NCBI GenBank assembly: GCA_043228905.1
Contig: JBHGNT010000017.1
Span: 4,526,001 to 4,590,000, forward strand
Reading direction: 5' to 3'
Length of the DNA stretch: 64,000 nucleotides
Source: Azolla caroliniana
Taxonomy: Eukaryota; Plantae; Polypodiophyta
How positions within the stretch are numbered: position 1 is the stretch's first letter; every line of letters begins with the position of its first letter. Under the pieces are notes generated by a model that saw only the letters and a program-made list of their open reading frames with translations, had not been told where the DNA came from and made no database searches. A program made the translations under genes and the position numbers. This document shows, piece by piece, positions 61,573 through 64,000 of the stretch.

Positions 61573-63939
61573 CTATACAGCACAAACAAAATCACCGCTA
61601 GTCTCCACATCGATATCTGTATCCAAATCAAAGTCCAATTCATCCATATAACCATTTGCTGCTGGCAATTTCACTCCCGGTACCTTTGCATCATTCACAA
61701 TCTTTGTGATCTCATCAATACTCTGAAGAGCTTCATTTGGGGCATCATGATTGTAACTAGTCTCCGATCCCTCCAGTAACTCCTTCGGCAGTTTCTTCAG
61801 AAACCAAGGGTGCTTTTTTATCTCCGCAATAGTTATTCTCTATTTAAAAGAAAAAACCCCAATTGTGCAATCAATCTCAGTGAACTAAAAAAACTTACAA
61901 AAACTAAAAACTAAAAACTAAAAGAACTCATAGAGAGATGGAAGTATCTTGCCTTTGCAGGATTTGAGACAAAAATTTGAGATAGAAGCTGTCGGCACTC
62001 GGAAGATATGTGTACATAATCTGGAATAGAATATTGAACACTCAATATTCTCTGCAGTCATCAATGTCAGCATGAGAAGAATATAGTGTACAGATTCAGT
62101 ATGATATTATGAAAACAAGAATATAAAATTGAATTCATACAACGATTGTTTTACGTAGCATAAAGAATGGAAACAGATTTGAAAGCATACACTGATTGTT
62201 TTCTTGAAATTTCTAGGATCTTTAGGATCTTCAAATGGGTAGGCGCCCACTAGCATCACATACAAGGTGACACCACAGGACCATACATCTGCTATCTGCA
62301 TAGATTGTACACTCTTTTTATAGACTATAAAAAGAGGTGTGACAATACTGTTCAAGATTTTAAGTTACATGAAACAAAATATCCAGAACCCAATCGCATT
62401 TTACCTTCCCATCATACTCCTTCCGCGACAACACCTCGGGAGCTATGTATGCAGGAGTTCCCACAGTAGACTTGGGTTGAGAATGAAGCAAGGAAGACTG
62501 CCAAAATTATCAGATTACTTTCAGTTAAAATTCTCTCGTAGGAAAATTGGGCGTTCCTCAGTATAAACAATTTTAGAGTTAAATGTAATTACCTTAGAAT
62601 ATCCGAAGTCACAAATTTTGAGCTTCGGTGAAGGGCTCCCATCCAATAGTGTGTTCTCTAGCTTAAGATCACGATGGCAGATTTGCTGAAAGGTTTCATC
62701 ACAAATGGATGTATTAATCTTCTACACATTAAGACATTAATAGAAGATCTCCAACTATTCTGAAAAAGAAGGCAAATTGAATCCATTTGGGAGATGAGAA
62801 AGAATGTGCATAAGTTCACACTAATGCACATTCTTTCTGCCAACCTCCAGAAACAACTATATATTGTATTTATTGTCATTGAGTTTGCGCAGGCATATAA
62901 TAAGGGGTCTTCCCCCTTATTTCAGATTCCATCAGGAAGAGATAAGAAAGGATATACCGCATTATAGCATTATACCATTTAAATTTAGGGTTCTTTTTCT
63001 CCTATTCATTTAGAAATGTGAATAAAGTGTCAGGTAATCATGAACACTGAATCTAAAAATGATATAAGTCCACTGTGCGTAGGGACCTTTTCCTATAGTG
63101 GAAAATCTTCCTTCTTATATTGAGTTTCCATATCAGTATTACCAACGTCATGAAATTCTATACATGAGGGGCCTATTCCCCCATACCATTCCCTAAATAA
63201 TGTTCTCAACTTCATCTGTTCAGGGCGGATGGTATATCTAGTTGGGTGTAGTGTCCTGTCAAACCTAACTAGATAGATATTATGTTTGCTTTAACCTGTG
63301 CAAAAAAACGTATGTTTCTTGGCACAATGAAAGGCTCCTCACAAGAAAAAACTAAAACGTTTAGGGTGGGGTCAAAAAAATAGCTCAGGTTTTAATCCTA
63401 TGCTGCAGAAATTCATGCATTGGTTTGAAAGTCTTGGTGAGATTTATTGAAAACAGAAAGCATTTTTACCATGTCATGGCAGTAGCTCACTCCACAAATC
63501 AATTGCTGGAAGTAATATCTAGCCTGGAAGGTAGACACAAGACACAACAGGAGAGCTGAGTCAAAACATGAACTCAAAATTAAGTGAGTTAATTTGAAGA
63601 GATACTAATAATCACAACAATAATGATGGATTACCACCTTATGAAGATAAGGAAAGATAGATACCTCATCTTCACTGAATCGCCCTGCGTTGCAAATACG
63701 TTCGAATAGTTCACCTCCTGCTGCATACTCCATCACTATTGCCAAATGTGAGGGTGTAAGACAGACCTAAAAAACCCAGCAGAGTACAAGAGTAAATATA
63801 AAGAACAAACTAGATAAAGAATGAAACATGGAAGACAGATCACAAATGAGAGAGCTGTATTTACCTCTTTAAACCGTACAATATTAGGATGCCGCAGAGA
63901 TCTGTGGTTAATGATCTCTCTCATCACATTCTCGTCGAT
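61573..63939 (-). CDS. SnRK2: SnRK2 serine/threonine kinase, partial (first exon outside window), 8 exons seen
   Basis: Exons 63939-63865, 63766-63665, 63522-63469, 62685-62593, 62497-62405, 62295-62191, 62051-61953, 61839-61573. Motifs: '[19 protein letters not shown]', '[14 protein letters not shown]', 'DFGYSK', '[12 protein letters not shown]', acidic tail '[23 protein letters not shown]'. Confidence 0.95.
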
Positions 63940-64000
63940 CTGTAGTTCAAAAAATTACTCTAAAACCAAAAGTGGGATCCAAAACAGAACATTAACTTCA

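Noticed and set aside
10797-63939. Functional gene cluster linking ALN, FAX4, CNNM, PPR and SnRK2
   Set aside because: Unrelated pathways in mixed orientations; nothing in the sequence indicates co-regulation.

Overview
Eukaryotic land-plant nuclear DNA, probably a fern (inferred from the PPR-DYW style and the TE lineages; not provable from sequence alone). Bases 1-10.2 kb are a nested TE block: a degenerate Copia inserted into a LINE ORF1, a non-autonomous LTR element carrying a minisatellite and a nested solo LTR, an LTR foldback, a hAT MITE and an L1 3' end. Seven host genes follow: allantoinase (+, 15 exons), a FAX4-like TMEM14 plastid protein (-), an uncharacterised conserved transmembrane protein (-), an F-box/kelch-like protein (+), a plastid DUF21-CBS-CorC (CNNM-type) protein (-), a PLS-PPR-DYW protein (-) and the 3' part of a SnRK2 kinase (-). 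A decayed chromoviral Gypsy lies at 51.8-56.3 kb. The most notable observation is missed by the ORF track. A 78-nt intron upstream of the PPR ORF joins an extra exon, and the spliced N-terminus spells a complete OSB-type 'PDF' ssDNA-binding motif, giving a predicted PDF-PPR-DYW deaminase fusion with a non-canonical DYW C-terminus. All exon structures were read manually and lack transcript support.
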